Part shown: piece after piece, positions 20,007 through 30,390 of the stretch | Position numbering within the stretch: position 1 is the stretch's first letter | How the letters are laid out: each line of letters begins with the position of its first letter | Assembly: GCA_050953065.1 (NCBI GenBank) | Contig: JBMNLZ010000003.1 | Location: forward strand, 32,001 to 96,000 | DNA from: Bacilli bacterium | GTDB taxonomy: Bacteria; Bacillota_I; Bacilli_A; ML615J-28; CAG-698 | Direction: 5' to 3' | DNA: 64,000 nt | The notes under the pieces: model-generated | Seen by the model: the letters and a program-made list of their open reading frames with translations, nothing else | What the model was told of the DNA's origin: nothing | Databases searched by the model: none | Translations under genes and position numbers: made by a program

Positions 20007-23000
20007 TTACTTTTTTTCATATATTTTTTCTAAAATAAACTGCTTCTTTTCATTCCTAACATCAACTCTTCCCCCTAAAACATACAAACTATTTGTTGCA
20101 AGTTCATTTTTTATACTTCCATAAACATTAGGGAAAACGACAACATCAATTGATGTTGTTTCATCTTTAACTTCTAAAAAAGCCATTTGATCATTATTCT
20201 TTGTATTAATAACCTTTTGTCTATATAACAGCCCTAAAATTAAATAACTTCTATTTTCTTCTAAATCATTGATGCTTGTTATTTTATATTTAGTTTTCAA
20301 ATCTTGGTTTCTTGCAAAAATATTAAATTTCAAATTAAAGCCTAATGCTTTTGCTTCATTTTCCATTAATTCTTCATATGTAAATTCTTCTTTTAAATAA
20401 CTCATCTTTTCTACTTCAGTTTTTAAAGTAGTTTGATAGTCAAGTAAGTTAATAATATTATCATATTCTAAAATCATTTGTTTTCTTGGAATATTAAACT
20501 CATCTAAAGCACCAGCATAAATTAAATACTCAACAACTCTTTTATTAAGTAATTTATTTGTTCTTGAAATAAAATCAACATAGCTTTCAAATTTACCATT
20601 TATTCTTTCTTCTAAGATATTACTAACAGCAGTATCACCAACATTTAAAATCCCAAGCAAAGAAAAATAAATTTTATTTTCTCTGATAACAAACTCTTTA
20701 CTACTTATATTAATGCTTGGCAATAAAACTTCTATCCCCTCACTCAAACATTCCTGAACATAAGTACTCAATAAAGAAGTACTTCCTAAACTATTAGATA
20801 ATAAAACAGCCATAAAATATGGAAAATAATGAGTTTTTAAATATGCTAATTGATAGCAAATATATGAATAAGCTACACTATGACTTTTATTAAAACCGTA
20901 ATTAGCAAACTTAACAATATAATCATATATTTCATTAGCTTCTGTTTCTAAATGCCCTAACTTAATTGATTTAGCAACAAAGTTAATTCTTTCTGTTTCT
21001 AAAATTGAAGCATTTTTTTTAGAAACAGCACGCCTTAAAATATCAGCCATTGCTAAAGAATAACCAGCAAATTTCGATGCAATTAACATTATTTGTTCTT
21101 GGAAAACAATTGTTCCATAAGTAGATTCCAAAATCTCTTTTAATTCTGGATGTGGATAAACAATTTTGTCTATTCCAAATTTTCTTCTAACAAAATTATC
21201 AATTTCATCCATTGGTCCTGGTCTAAAAAGCGCAATTGCATGAACTATATCAATAAAACTACTAACCTTTAGTTTTCTTAAAACATTACGCATTCCACTT
21301 GATTCTAATTGAAAAATTCCATTTGTTTTAGCACTTGCGATTAATTTATAGGTTGCCTCATCTTCAAATGAGATTTTAGAGATATTAAAATCTTGATCAA
21401 CTAATCTATTAACCATAGAACAAACGTTGTCAATAATCGTTAGATTTCTTAAACCTAAAAAATCCATTTTAACTAAACCAATTTTTTCTAAATCTTCAGC
21501 TTCAAATTGAGTTTGATAAATGTCATTAGGACCATTAATTAAAGCAGTATAATTCACTAAGTCATCTGGTCCCATAATAATACCCGCTGCATGTACTGAA
21601 ATATGGCGTGGTAAATCCTCAATCTTCATTGCTACATCTAATATTTTCTTAACAAATTCATTTTCCTCAATCATTTGTTGTAATTTACTTGATGATGCTA
21701 TTAATTCATTTATTGTTTGATTATAAAAGCTAATTTCACTTAAAATCTCAGCTAGCATTGTGTCATTAACCTTCATTACTCTAGCAATATCTCTCAAAGC
21801 CATTTTAACTTTAAAAGTTCCAAAAGTACTAATATGAGCAACTCTATGTTTTCCGTATTTTTTACCAACATATTTAATTATCATATCTCTTTTATCATCT
21901 GGAAAGTCAATATCTATATCGGGCATGCTAACTCTTTCAGGATTTAAAAATCTTTCAAATAGTAAATCATGTTCTAAAGGATCAATTTCAGTAATCCCTA
22001 ATGAATAACTTACCAAAGATCCAGGTGCAGAGCCTCTTCCAGGCCCTACCATTATCTTATTTTTCTTAGCGTATAAAACATAATCATATACTATTAAAAA
22101 ATAATCAGAATATCCCATTTCAGAAATTATTTTTAATTCATGTAATAATCTTTCTTTATAAACTAAAGGGTTTTTATTCTTATTCTTTAACCTTTTATTT
22201 AATCCTAGTTTACATAAATCAAAAAGATAAGTTTTACTATCTAAATCAGCCTTAAATTTAGGTAAATAATGTTTGCTTAAATCAAGTTCTACATCACAAA
22301 GGTCAGCTATTTTTCTAGTATTAGCAAGCATATCTTGATAATTTTTAAATTTAAATTGCGCTTCTTCTTTACTAAGTAAAAATGAATTTTTTTCCTTTTC
22401 TGTATAAGTATAACTATTTAAGCCTAAATCAATACATCTTAATACTTGATATGCTTCAAAATCTTCTTCAACTAAAAAGTTAGTTTTATTTAAAGCTACT
22501 TTTTTAATATTATTTTTTTTAAAAAAATTATTAACTAATTCAAAACTATTTAGATTTTTTTCATCTTGAAAATCCCAGCCTAAATATAATTCATTAAACG
22601 TTTCCTTATATTCATTAAGTAGTTCTAAAGCATTATTTAAATTATCATTTAATAAAAACTTAACAACCTCATTTTCATCTCCAGGAATAACTGTAATTAA
22701 ATCATAATTAGCAGTTTTTAAAAACTCTAAATTTAAAACACTCAAACTTTCTCTTGAGGCAATCTTTAATAAATTCTTATATCCCTCAATGTTTTTTGCA
22801 AAAAACAAAATATATGAATCAAAATTTCCTTTTGATTCAAGATGGGCTTTCAGTCCAAAAAGAGGCTTTATGTTCTCTTTTTTACATGCTTCATAAAACT
22901 TGACAGCCCCATGCATATTAGTATCAGTTATCGCTAAAGCATCTAGTTTATATTCTTTAGCTTTTAAGATAAGTTCACTTATCTTAACTGTACTATTTAG

Positions 23001-23039
23001 CATACTGTATTCACTTTGAATATAAAGATTAACAAACAT
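20007..23039 (-). CDS. dnaE: DNA polymerase III alpha subunit (DnaE)
   Basis: PHP domain, GPGRGSAPGS, FERFLNPER.MPDIDIDF, YGFNKSH; start ATG 23039 or GTG 23051. Confidence 0.97.
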   Translation of the reverse strand: MFVNLYIQSEYSMLNSTVKISELILKAKEYKLDALAITDTNMHGAVKFYEACKKENIKPLFGLKAHLESKGNFDSYILFFAKNIEGYKNLLKIASRESLSVLNLEFLKTANYDLITVIPGDENEVVKFLLNDNLNNALELLNEYKETFNELYLGWDFQDEKNLNSFELVNNFFKKNNIKKVALNKTNFLVEEDFEAYQVLRCIDLGLNSYTYTEKEKNSFLLSKEEAQFKFKNYQDMLANTRKIADLCDVELDLSKHYLPKFKADLDSKTYLFDLCKLGLNKRLKNKNKNPLVYKERLLHELKIISEMGYSDYFLIVYDYVLYAKKNKIMVGPGRGSAPGSLVSYSLGITEIDPLEHDLLFERFLNPERVSMPDIDIDFPDDKRDMIIKYVGKKYGKHRVAHISTFGTFKVKMALRDIARVMKVNDTMLAEILSEISFYNQTINELIASSSKLQQMIEENEFVKKILDVAMKIEDLPRHISVHAAGIIMGPDDLVNYTALINGPNDIYQTQFEAEDLEKIGLVKMDFLGLRNLTIIDNVCSMVNRLVDQDFNISKISFEDEATYKLIASAKTNGIFQLESSGMRNVLRKLKVSSFIDIVHAIALFRPGPMDEIDNFVRRKFGIDKIVYPHPELKEILESTYGTIVFQEQIMLIASKFAGYSLAMADILRRAVSKKNASILETERINFVAKSIKLGHLETEANEIYDYIVKFANYGFNKSHSVAYSYICYQLAYLKTHYFPYFMAVLLSNSLGSTSLLSTYVQECLSEGIEVLLPSINISSKEFVIRENKIYFSLLGILNVGDTAVSNILEERINGKFESYVDFISRTNKLLNKRVVEYLIYAGALDEFNIPRKQMILEYDNIINLLDYQTTLKTEVEKMSYLKEEFTYEELMENEAKALGFNLKFNIFARNQDLKTKYKITSINDLEENRSYLILGLLYRQKVINTKNNDQMAFLEVKDETTSIDVVVFPNVYGSIKNELATNSLYVLGGRVDVRNEKKQFILEKIYEKK

Positions 23040-23136
23040 AATTTTACTCACTAAATAATATTTTTATCTATCAATTAGTATAGCACAATTAACGTAGTTT
23101 AGCAATAAATCCAAAAAAATAAAAGGTGCAATTAAA

Positions 23137-26100
23137 TTACACCTTTTTAAAGATTTTCTTCTTTATTAAAAACATTATAAGAAAACTTACCCCTGCACTA
23201 AAAAGTGCTATAAGAAGTGTTCCTGTTTTAAAATTATTTTTATTTAGCTCAATAATATTATTTCCACTACTAACACTACTAAGCGTTGAAGTCTTAAAAT
23301 CAAGTAAAAACTCTTCTAATTGGTTTGAACTCTTAAGAATTTCAAAACTAGCTATCTTACAAGAATCACTAGCATCAATTGAAATTTTTGCTAGTTCTAA
23401 ACTAACCAATTTTTTATTCCCATAATCACAAAGCAAACTAATACTTCCCTCATAATTTGCTTTTTCTAGCCCTTCAAAATATATCATTTGATTATATAAA
23501 GAGATTCTTTTTTTATAATTATTTAAACTAGAAGTTAAAGAAATTTCTAAATATCTTGCACAGTTTTCTAAATCTATCAGTGAAATTTGAAGTTTTTTAT
23601 TTTCAATTCTTGAATTAAGAGAAACTAAATCCTTTAAAATTCTAATTTTTAAATATTTATCCAAATTAATAATTTGATTATACTTTTCTTTTTCTAAATA
23701 TACTTTAGAAATATGAAGTTTATAAACCCCACTTTCATTATATTTAGGTAACTCTAGAGTTACAACTCCTTCTAATACTGTAAAATTACTTTCAAAATTA
23801 TTATTAACAATAAATCCTTTAACTTCCCAATCATCTAAATTTGATAGAGTAATATTAATTTTTATATCTTGACCTTTTAAAAATTCATAATCCCAGTCTA
23901 AATAAAAATCTTCATTATATTTCACTGCTAAATTTTCTATCAAAAAATTTACTTCATGAGTTTGATTTAAACCACTCAAAATCAATTTATTTTGATTTAA
24001 TTTATTTACAGCATGATTGTTTTCAACTCCTACACCATTCAAACTAGCATCGCCTGAAAAAAACAAATTATATCCTAAAGGATAAACTTCACCTTCTCTA
24101 ACATTTACTCTTAATGGTACTACAACCGTCTTTTCTAATTCTAATAAATCTAGATTCCCTGACTTATATTTTTCAACACTTTTATATTCACCAAATACAT
24201 TTTCACTAAAATAATCGTTATTAGTACTTTCAAACAATTTTAATGTTTTAAAAAGACCTAAAACTTCATTTTTATCTTCTTCTAAACCAAAAATTACTTC
24301 TTGATCAAAATTATCCAAATGATATATTTCTATTTCTTTTAGGTAGATTTCTTCTTCTGAAAAATAAAGTCTTAAATTCTCATAATCTGTATAATAGATT
24401 ATTTCTGATAAATCTCTATCAATTTCAATATCTTCTTCTTTTAAAGCTGTAAAAGGATTATATAAAAGCAAACTATTATTTTCCAAAACTAATAGTTTGT
24501 TTGCTTTTGTTTTGAAAGCATAATTTATATTTGAAGACTCAAAATAGTAATTACAATGTAAATCCTCATCGAATGAAGCTATTACATTATCACCTACTAT
24601 AACTATATCTTCTTCAAAATTAAAAACTTTTAACGCGTTTTGGCTAGAAAGTATAATCTTAAAATTAAGTAACTCTAAATCTAAAGAGATTTTAGCTAAA
24701 ACCATATTGCATTTATTTAAAGCACCTCCATTACCAAATTCTCCTTCTGCTAAATATTCTTTTTCACCTAAAACAAACAAATTATTATTTAAAGCAGTAA
24801 TCGATTTAAAAGTCTCAGTTTTTAGTCCTCCATAAACATTTAAATCTTCAAATTCAAAATTATTAGAAAATCTAATAATAAAGGCGCTTATTCCAGCAAC
24901 GTTTTTAGCAGTTAGTGCACTTTGAAATTCATCACCTGCAATAATTACTTGGCCTACTAAATATCTTTTATTTTCATAATTAAACCATTCAATTTTACTT
25001 GAAAACTTGCTTTCAAAAAGTTTTTGTTTAGTGAAAGTTTCCCAGTTTAAAGCAATAGTTATTTTATTTAAACAGCCCGTTGCATCAAGATACATTATGA
25101 TAACTTGGCCTTCAACTTCAAAGACATTAACCGTTAAATAATTACTCGTTAAATCAAGAGTCTTCTTTAATTGCCCCTCTTCATATAAAGAAGCACTTAA
25201 TTTTTTATCTAAGGAAGAAACTATTTTATAATTGGCAGTTTCATGAACTATTATTTCATTAACTACTGTTCCTTCTTCTTGATAATGATTTTTAGCATTT
25301 AAATCAATAACCCCTACATATAAAAAAACTAACACAACAACTAAAAACACCTTACTTTTAAAAGGGATTAAAAAACCTAGCACCCCACCTATTAAAACAA
25401 ATATCAAAGTAAAAAATACTTTTTCAAGGCTACTTGAATTCTCGTTATCCAAAACAGCTTCTCCATAAGTAATAATGTGTTTAACTTCTTCCTTTTGGAC
25501 TTCACTAATTTCTAGAAATTCAGAAAAATTAGTTGCTACTTGATAATCTTTTTCATCATAACACAAATCGCTAACAACAAAATTAATACTTTCTTCTTCC
25601 CCTTCGTTACTAACAAGTCTAAAAGTATAATTGCCATCTTTTTTTATTATATGATTATTTTCAATTAAAGCATTGTTTAAATATCCAATCCCATTAAAAG
25701 ACAAACTAATATCATTGTTATAAACTTCACCATTTTTCAAAGAAATTTTAGGTTTAACATACACATTGCTTTTATAATAAACAACTACACCTCCTAAATA
25801 ATATTTTATTTTAAAACTATAATTTCCAAAATTTATATATCTATTTGGATTAATACCTATTTTATGAGCTAGACCATTATTTATAAAAACACTGTAATTT
25901 TCATAATTATAGTTATTATTTTCTATCGATGCTTCTTTTACTATTTTGATATAAGTTAAATCAAAACGATAATTAAGATATTTTCCATCTTCTACTACAC
26001 TTCTATAAACTATTTTTATTTGTTCTCCAACTTCATTAATTTGATAAATGCTATCTAAATTACTAACATTATATCGATAATGGAACCTAGTTTCATCGCT

Positions 26101-27294
26101 TTTACTGAATTTGACAACATTAATTATAAAAGAAGTCTTATAACTACCATAACATAAAAGAAAATCACCTCTACCATCGACTCTAATTAAAGGATCTATA
26201 ATACTAGAAACTATTTCATCATGCATCCAAACATAGGTGGTTCTTGCTTCATAGATATTGTCTTGATATTTTTCAATATAGAAACTCCAATAACTGCCTA
26301 CTTTTTCTTTCCTTAATATTATAACTCCACTAGCATCTACATAAATATCATGTATTTGCCAGAAAGAATCTATTCTTACATAATCTACCATTCCAGAAAT
26401 TCCATCTACTTTTATTAATGCAGTAAAAGTATAATCTGAATTAAAATAATAATTACCACTGTTACCTGCAAATTTAACCACACCATATAAATCATCATCA
26501 TTAAATTCAACTTCTATAATTGAATTTAATCCATTATTTCCAAAAACACTTTCACTAACAACATTTAAATTATAATAATTTAATTCTTTATAATGAATTA
26601 AACGATTAGGACTATTTTTTAACCTTCTAGTTTCGCAAATATTCAATCTTTCATCATTTAAGTTAATAGCATAAATTTCAGAAGTTACATTTTCCTCATA
26701 AATAATTGATCTAACAATTTGATTAGATTTTGTTATTTCTAAAATCCAACTATTCATATTATCATTTTTAAAATGTTTTCCACCTAAAATTATACTATTA
26801 AAAGTTAGAGTTGCATCATTAAAAGTTGATTCAATCTCAAATTTTCTCTCCCAAATCTTTTGATCATCTTGATAATATGCAAGATATGCTAAGGGCCATC
26901 TTTCTTGTCTAGGCATAGGATTATTATAATTATTATCAACCTCACCAATTCTATAATATTCAGTTTGACTTACATAAATAACCTTTTTAATTAAAATTGA
27001 ATCATTACTATTATAAAATTTATTTTCAGTTTTACTATAACCTTCTTTTAAAACATTGTCATTTACAATATAAACATTAGTTCCAACAAACATATTTAGT
27101 TCATTAGAAAAGTATGTAGCTTGGTAATTACCTGGCAAATTAAAATTTACATTATTTTCTACTAATACTAAATCATTCCTTTCTAAATCGCCTTGGTCAC
27201 CCACTCCAGTTGGGATTATAATATCGCTATATGCACTTACTCCTTGAAAATTAATAAAAAACATCATTGTTAATAATATTAAAATTTTTTTCAT
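23137..27294 (-). CDS. Large hypothetical membrane-anchored surface protein (apparent fusion of two paralogues)
   Basis: 1385 aa ORF; N-terminal signal peptide, central twin hydrophobic segments, C-terminal TM followed by KKK. Confidence 0.75.
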   Translation of the reverse strand: MKKILILLTMMFFINFQGVSAYSDIIIPTGVGDQGDLERNDLVLVENNVNFNLPGNYQATYFSNELNMFVGTNVYIVNDNVLKEGYSKTENKFYNSNDSILIKKVIYVSQTEYYRIGEVDNNYNNPMPRQERWPLAYLAYYQDDQKIWERKFEIESTFNDATLTFNSIILGGKHFKNDNMNSWILEITKSNQIVRSIIYEENVTSEIYAINLNDERLNICETRRLKNSPNRLIHYKELNYYNLNVVSESVFGNNGLNSIIEVEFNDDDLYGVVKFAGNSGNYYFNSDYTFTALIKVDGISGMVDYVRIDSFWQIHDIYVDASGVIILRKEKVGSYWSFYIEKYQDNIYEARTTYVWMHDEIVSSIIDPLIRVDGRGDFLLCYGSYKTSFIINVVKFSKSDETRFHYRYNVSNLDSIYQINEVGEQIKIVYRSVVEDGKYLNYRFDLTYIKIVKEASIENNNYNYENYSVFINNGLAHKIGINPNRYINFGNYSFKIKYYLGGVVVYYKSNVYVKPKISLKNGEVYNNDISLSFNGIGYLNNALIENNHIIKKDGNYTFRLVSNEGEEESINFVVSDLCYDEKDYQVATNFSEFLEISEVQKEEVKHIITYGEAVLDNENSSSLEKVFFTLIFVLIGGVLGFLIPFKSKVFLVVVLVFLYVGVIDLNAKNHYQEEGTVVNEIIVHETANYKIVSSLDKKLSASLYEEGQLKKTLDLTSNYLTVNVFEVEGQVIIMYLDATGCLNKITIALNWETFTKQKLFESKFSSKIEWFNYENKRYLVGQVIIAGDEFQSALTAKNVAGISAFIIRFSNNFEFEDLNVYGGLKTETFKSITALNNNLFVLGEKEYLAEGEFGNGGALNKCNMVLAKISLDLELLNFKIILSSQNALKVFNFEEDIVIVGDNVIASFDEDLHCNYYFESSNINYAFKTKANKLLVLENNSLLLYNPFTALKEEDIEIDRDLSEIIYYTDYENLRLYFSEEEIYLKEIEIYHLDNFDQEVIFGLEEDKNEVLGLFKTLKLFESTNNDYFSENVFGEYKSVEKYKSGNLDLLELEKTVVVPLRVNVREGEVYPLGYNLFFSGDASLNGVGVENNHAVNKLNQNKLILSGLNQTHEVNFLIENLAVKYNEDFYLDWDYEFLKGQDIKINITLSNLDDWEVKGFIVNNNFESNFTVLEGVVTLELPKYNESGVYKLHISKVYLEKEKYNQIINLDKYLKIRILKDLVSLNSRIENKKLQISLIDLENCARYLEISLTSSLNNYKKRISLYNQMIYFEGLEKANYEGSISLLCDYGNKKLVSLELAKISIDASDSCKIASFEILKSSNQLEEFLLDFKTSTLSSVSSGNNIIELNKNNFKTGTLLIALFSAGVSFLIMFLIKKKIFKKV

Positions 27295-27299
27295 AAAAA

Positions 27300-27327
27300 C
27301 ACCTCTACTATTATATTAGTAGAGGTG
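27300..27327 (-). terminator. ackA terminator hairpin overlapping the SD of the next gene
   Basis: 11-bp perfect inverted repeat cacctctacta/tagtagaggtg followed by TTTTT-ATG. Confidence 0.65.
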
Positions 27328-27348
27328 ACCTATTTTTACTTTTTTATT

Positions 27349-28557
27349 TTATTCACTAATTAATGCCATTGTATCTCTGGCAATCATTATCTCTTCATTT
27401 GTTGGGATAACATAAACTGCAATTTTTGAATCACTCGTTGAAATTAATGCTTCGCCTTTACATTTCTCATTAGCTTCTTCATTAAGTTTAACTCCTAAAA
27501 TTTCTAATCTTTCCATAATCTTTTTACGGCATCTTCTAGAATTTTCACCAATTCCTGCTGTAAATACTAAAACATCAATTCCTTCCATGAAAACATAGTA
27601 ACTTCCAACAAAGTCAGCAATTCTTTTATATTGTAAGTCTAGTGCAAGCCTTGCTTTAGCATCTCCTTTTTTTACGCCTTCTTCTAAATCTCTAGAATCA
27701 TTAGAAATTCCAGAAATACCTAAATATCCACTTCCTTTATTCAAAATATTAACTATTTCTTTAGCAGTTAGTTTTTCTTTTGTTGCGATAAATTCAACTA
27801 CAGCTGGATCAATATCCCCACTTCTAGTTCCCATCGGAATACCACCTAGCGGAGTAAGCCCCATTGATGTATCTACGCATTTACCATCTTTAATAGCACA
27901 TAATGATGCTCCATTTCCTAAATGTAGTGTAACTATCTTCAAATCTTTTTTATCTTTTTTATGTAATATTGCAGCTCTTTGTGAAACATAATCATGGCTT
28001 GTTCCATGAAAGCCATATTTTCTAACGCGATAATTTTCATACCAGGCATAAGGTAAGGCATACATAAACGCTTCTGGTTCCATAGTTTGATGGAAAGCTG
28101 TATCAAATACTACAACTGAAGGAGTATTAGGCATAACCTCCATAAAAGCTCTAATTCCAATTAAGTGAGCAGGATTGTGAAGGGGAGCTAAATCACAAAG
28201 TGATTCAATTTTTTCTAGTACATCTTCATCAACTAAAGCTGACTTAGGAAAATATTCACCACCATGAACTATTCTATGACCAACTCCTGCTATTTCATTT
28301 AAATTTTCAACTATTTTTAAATCAATTAAATCTTCAAGCAAAATACTAACAGCTTTAGCATGGTTTTTAATATGCAGTGTTTCATTTTTAAGTTCTTTTT
28401 TTTCACCATTATCTAAAATTGAATAAATTTTAAAAACCGCATCCTTTGAACCAATTCTTTCAAATTGACCCTCAGCAATGTATTTTTCTTGAGGCATGTT
28501 CACCAATTTAAATTTAAGCGATGATGAACCAGCATTCACGGCCATAATTTTTTTCAT
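27349..28557 (-). CDS. ackA: Acetate kinase
   Basis: NAGSSSLK, GHRIVHGG, LAPLHN, FDTAFH, HLGNGAS, FTAGIGEN, PTNEE. Confidence 0.98.
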   Translation of the reverse strand: MKKIMAVNAGSSSLKFKLVNMPQEKYIAEGQFERIGSKDAVFKIYSILDNGEKKELKNETLHIKNHAKAVSILLEDLIDLKIVENLNEIAGVGHRIVHGGEYFPKSALVDEDVLEKIESLCDLAPLHNPAHLIGIRAFMEVMPNTPSVVVFDTAFHQTMEPEAFMYALPYAWYENYRVRKYGFHGTSHDYVSQRAAILHKKDKKDLKIVTLHLGNGASLCAIKDGKCVDTSMGLTPLGGIPMGTRSGDIDPAVVEFIATKEKLTAKEIVNILNKGSGYLGISGISNDSRDLEEGVKKGDAKARLALDLQYKRIADFVGSYYVFMEGIDVLVFTAGIGENSRRCRKKIMERLEILGVKLNEEANEKCKGEALISTSDSKIAVYVIPTNEEIMIARDTMALISE

Positions 28558-28717
28558 TATTTAATTCTCCTTTATTTTAAACATATTTATATTTATTATT
28601 AAATTAATTTTCCCTTTATCTTTAAATACCTTAGATATTATAACATAAACCTTTTGAAAAGTTAAGCCTTAAAAGAATTATCTTTTAAACTTTTTAATTA
28701 TTAATTTTCTTTTTTCC

Positions 28718-28746
28718 TTGAAATGCAATTTCTTTTTAGTTATAAT
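28718..28746 (+). promoter_or_regulatory. Sigma-A promoter of yidD
   Basis: TTGAAA-17 bp-TATAAT, ATG starts 7 nt after the -10 box. Confidence 0.65.
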
Positions 28747-28752
28747 TATTTT

Positions 28753-29010
28753 ATGAATAAACTAACAATTTTTTTAATTAAAAAATATCAATCTTTAAAA
28801 AACCCTAAAAGAAAAACATGTAGGTTTTATCCTACATGTTCTAATTACGCTTTAGAAGCATTTTATAAATTTAGATTTTTTAAAGCTTTTTTTCTAACTT
28901 TTTTTAGAATACTTAAATGTAATCCTTTTTCAAAAGGAGGATATGACCCAGTTCCTAAAAATAGACTAGAAAAAGATTTAGAAAATTATTTCCCAGAGTT
29001 TTTTGAATAA
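28753..29010 (+). CDS. yidD: Membrane protein insertion efficiency factor YidD
   Basis: CRFYPTCSNY, RILKCNPFSKGGYDPVP; start moved to ATG 28753. Confidence 0.93.
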   Translation: MNKLTIFLIKKYQSLKNPKRKTCRFYPTCSNYALEAFYKFRFFKAFFLTFFRILKCNPFSKGGYDPVPKNRLEKDLENYFPEFFE

Positions 29011-30303
29011 ATTAAAGATTTCTACAAAAAAGTTTTTAATTGCATTAAAGACTTTTTTTATTATATTTGGCTTTTCTTCACTTATTGTCTCAGTTAAAAT
29101 TATTTTTAGATCTTTTATTTCTTCATCTATTAATAATCTAACAAAATATTCATCTTGACCTTCTACATTACTATATCCATCATATAAAATCTCGATTGTT
29201 GCAAAAGATGAAATTTGATTTTCTATTTTCAAATTACTAATTATATTTTCAAGCGTAGGCTTTTGATTAGTAAAGGTCAGATTAACAATTAATGGATCAA
29301 TCACAAAAATAGGTGCCTCATTATCTATAACTTTAATATAACAAGCATATGTTACTTTATTACCTGATTTATCACTTGCTTCAAGACAAACATACCATTC
29401 TCCAACCTTGGAAGCATTATTATAATATGCGTTCTCATTAACTATTAAACTATCACTTACATCTAAATCTATTTCATCATACGCACTAAAATTACTTATT
29501 ATATCTATATCAGTTAGCATCTCTTCTTTTGTGGTTGTAATTAGACTTGGTCCGACAATTATAGGCGCTACATTATCTTTATTATATACAAACAAAGCAA
29601 ATTCAATTTCATTTTCTACACTATCGCTAACTCTAAACATAATTTCCCATAGCCCACACTTATCATAATTAGGAGTATAATAATCATATGCTACATAAAT
29701 CCCCTCACTCACATCACCATCTGTATAATCATATGCCATAAGTTTAGATCTAAAATTATTAACATTAAAAACTTCTCCTACCTCTTTTGTAAGATAAGCA
29801 TATTTTGTTGATACTTCTTGATATCCATGATTTATTCCATTATATATAATTGTTGAATAATTTGAAGGCACACTATTTCCTTCAATCATTATTAAATCAT
29901 CTTCTACTTCACCACCAAAGGCACTTTCTTCTCCTAAAAAATCAATGGTTATAACTATATAAGAAACATTTGATAAAGTTTTAAATGTAAAATAATAATT
30001 ATTTGGTACATAATAAATTATATCAACTTTTTCTTTATTTGCATTATAAGAATACATTTCAATTTCTTCCATATTTGAATCTTGAACTTTACAAACAAAA
30101 GTGTATTCTTGATTTTCTTTAACTTTTATATAATTTATACTTTTATATGTTGCTCTACCATAAATACCAATAAAGGCAAAATTCTCATTTTCTAAATAAC
30201 TTCCACTTTCTGGAATAAATTCCCAATTAGGAATTTGTGCAAAAACTTTTGAATAATTAATCATTAAAAATACCAACACTAAACTTAAAATTATTTTTTT
30301 CAT
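28978..30303 (-). CDS. Secreted hypothetical protein with 2 Ig-like (DUF5011/Big_3-like) repeats
   Basis: Signal peptide; AYDYTDGDVS and AYDEIDLDVS..SDxSGN..DNxAP repeats; amphipathic C-terminus. Confidence 0.65.
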   Translation of the reverse strand: MKKIILSLVLVFLMINYSKVFAQIPNWEFIPESGSYLENENFAFIGIYGRATYKSINYIKVKENQEYTFVCKVQDSNMEEIEMYSYNANKEKVDIIYYVPNNYYFTFKTLSNVSYIVITIDFLGEESAFGGEVEDDLIMIEGNSVPSNYSTIIYNGINHGYQEVSTKYAYLTKEVGEVFNVNNFRSKLMAYDYTDGDVSEGIYVAYDYYTPNYDKCGLWEIMFRVSDSVENEIEFALFVYNKDNVAPIIVGPSLITTTKEEMLTDIDIISNFSAYDEIDLDVSDSLIVNENAYYNNASKVGEWYVCLEASDKSGNKVTYACYIKVIDNEAPIFVIDPLIVNLTFTNQKPTLENIISNLKIENQISSFATIEILYDGYSNVEGQDEYFVRLLIDEEIKDLKIILTETISEEKPNIIKKVFNAIKNFFVEIFNLFKKLWEIIF

Positions 30304-30390
30304 AACCCACCCTTTTTTAAAAAAATTATATCATTATATCTTTTTAAAATAAAGGTGAAATCTGTATTTCTCAAAATAAAAAAAAAGCTC

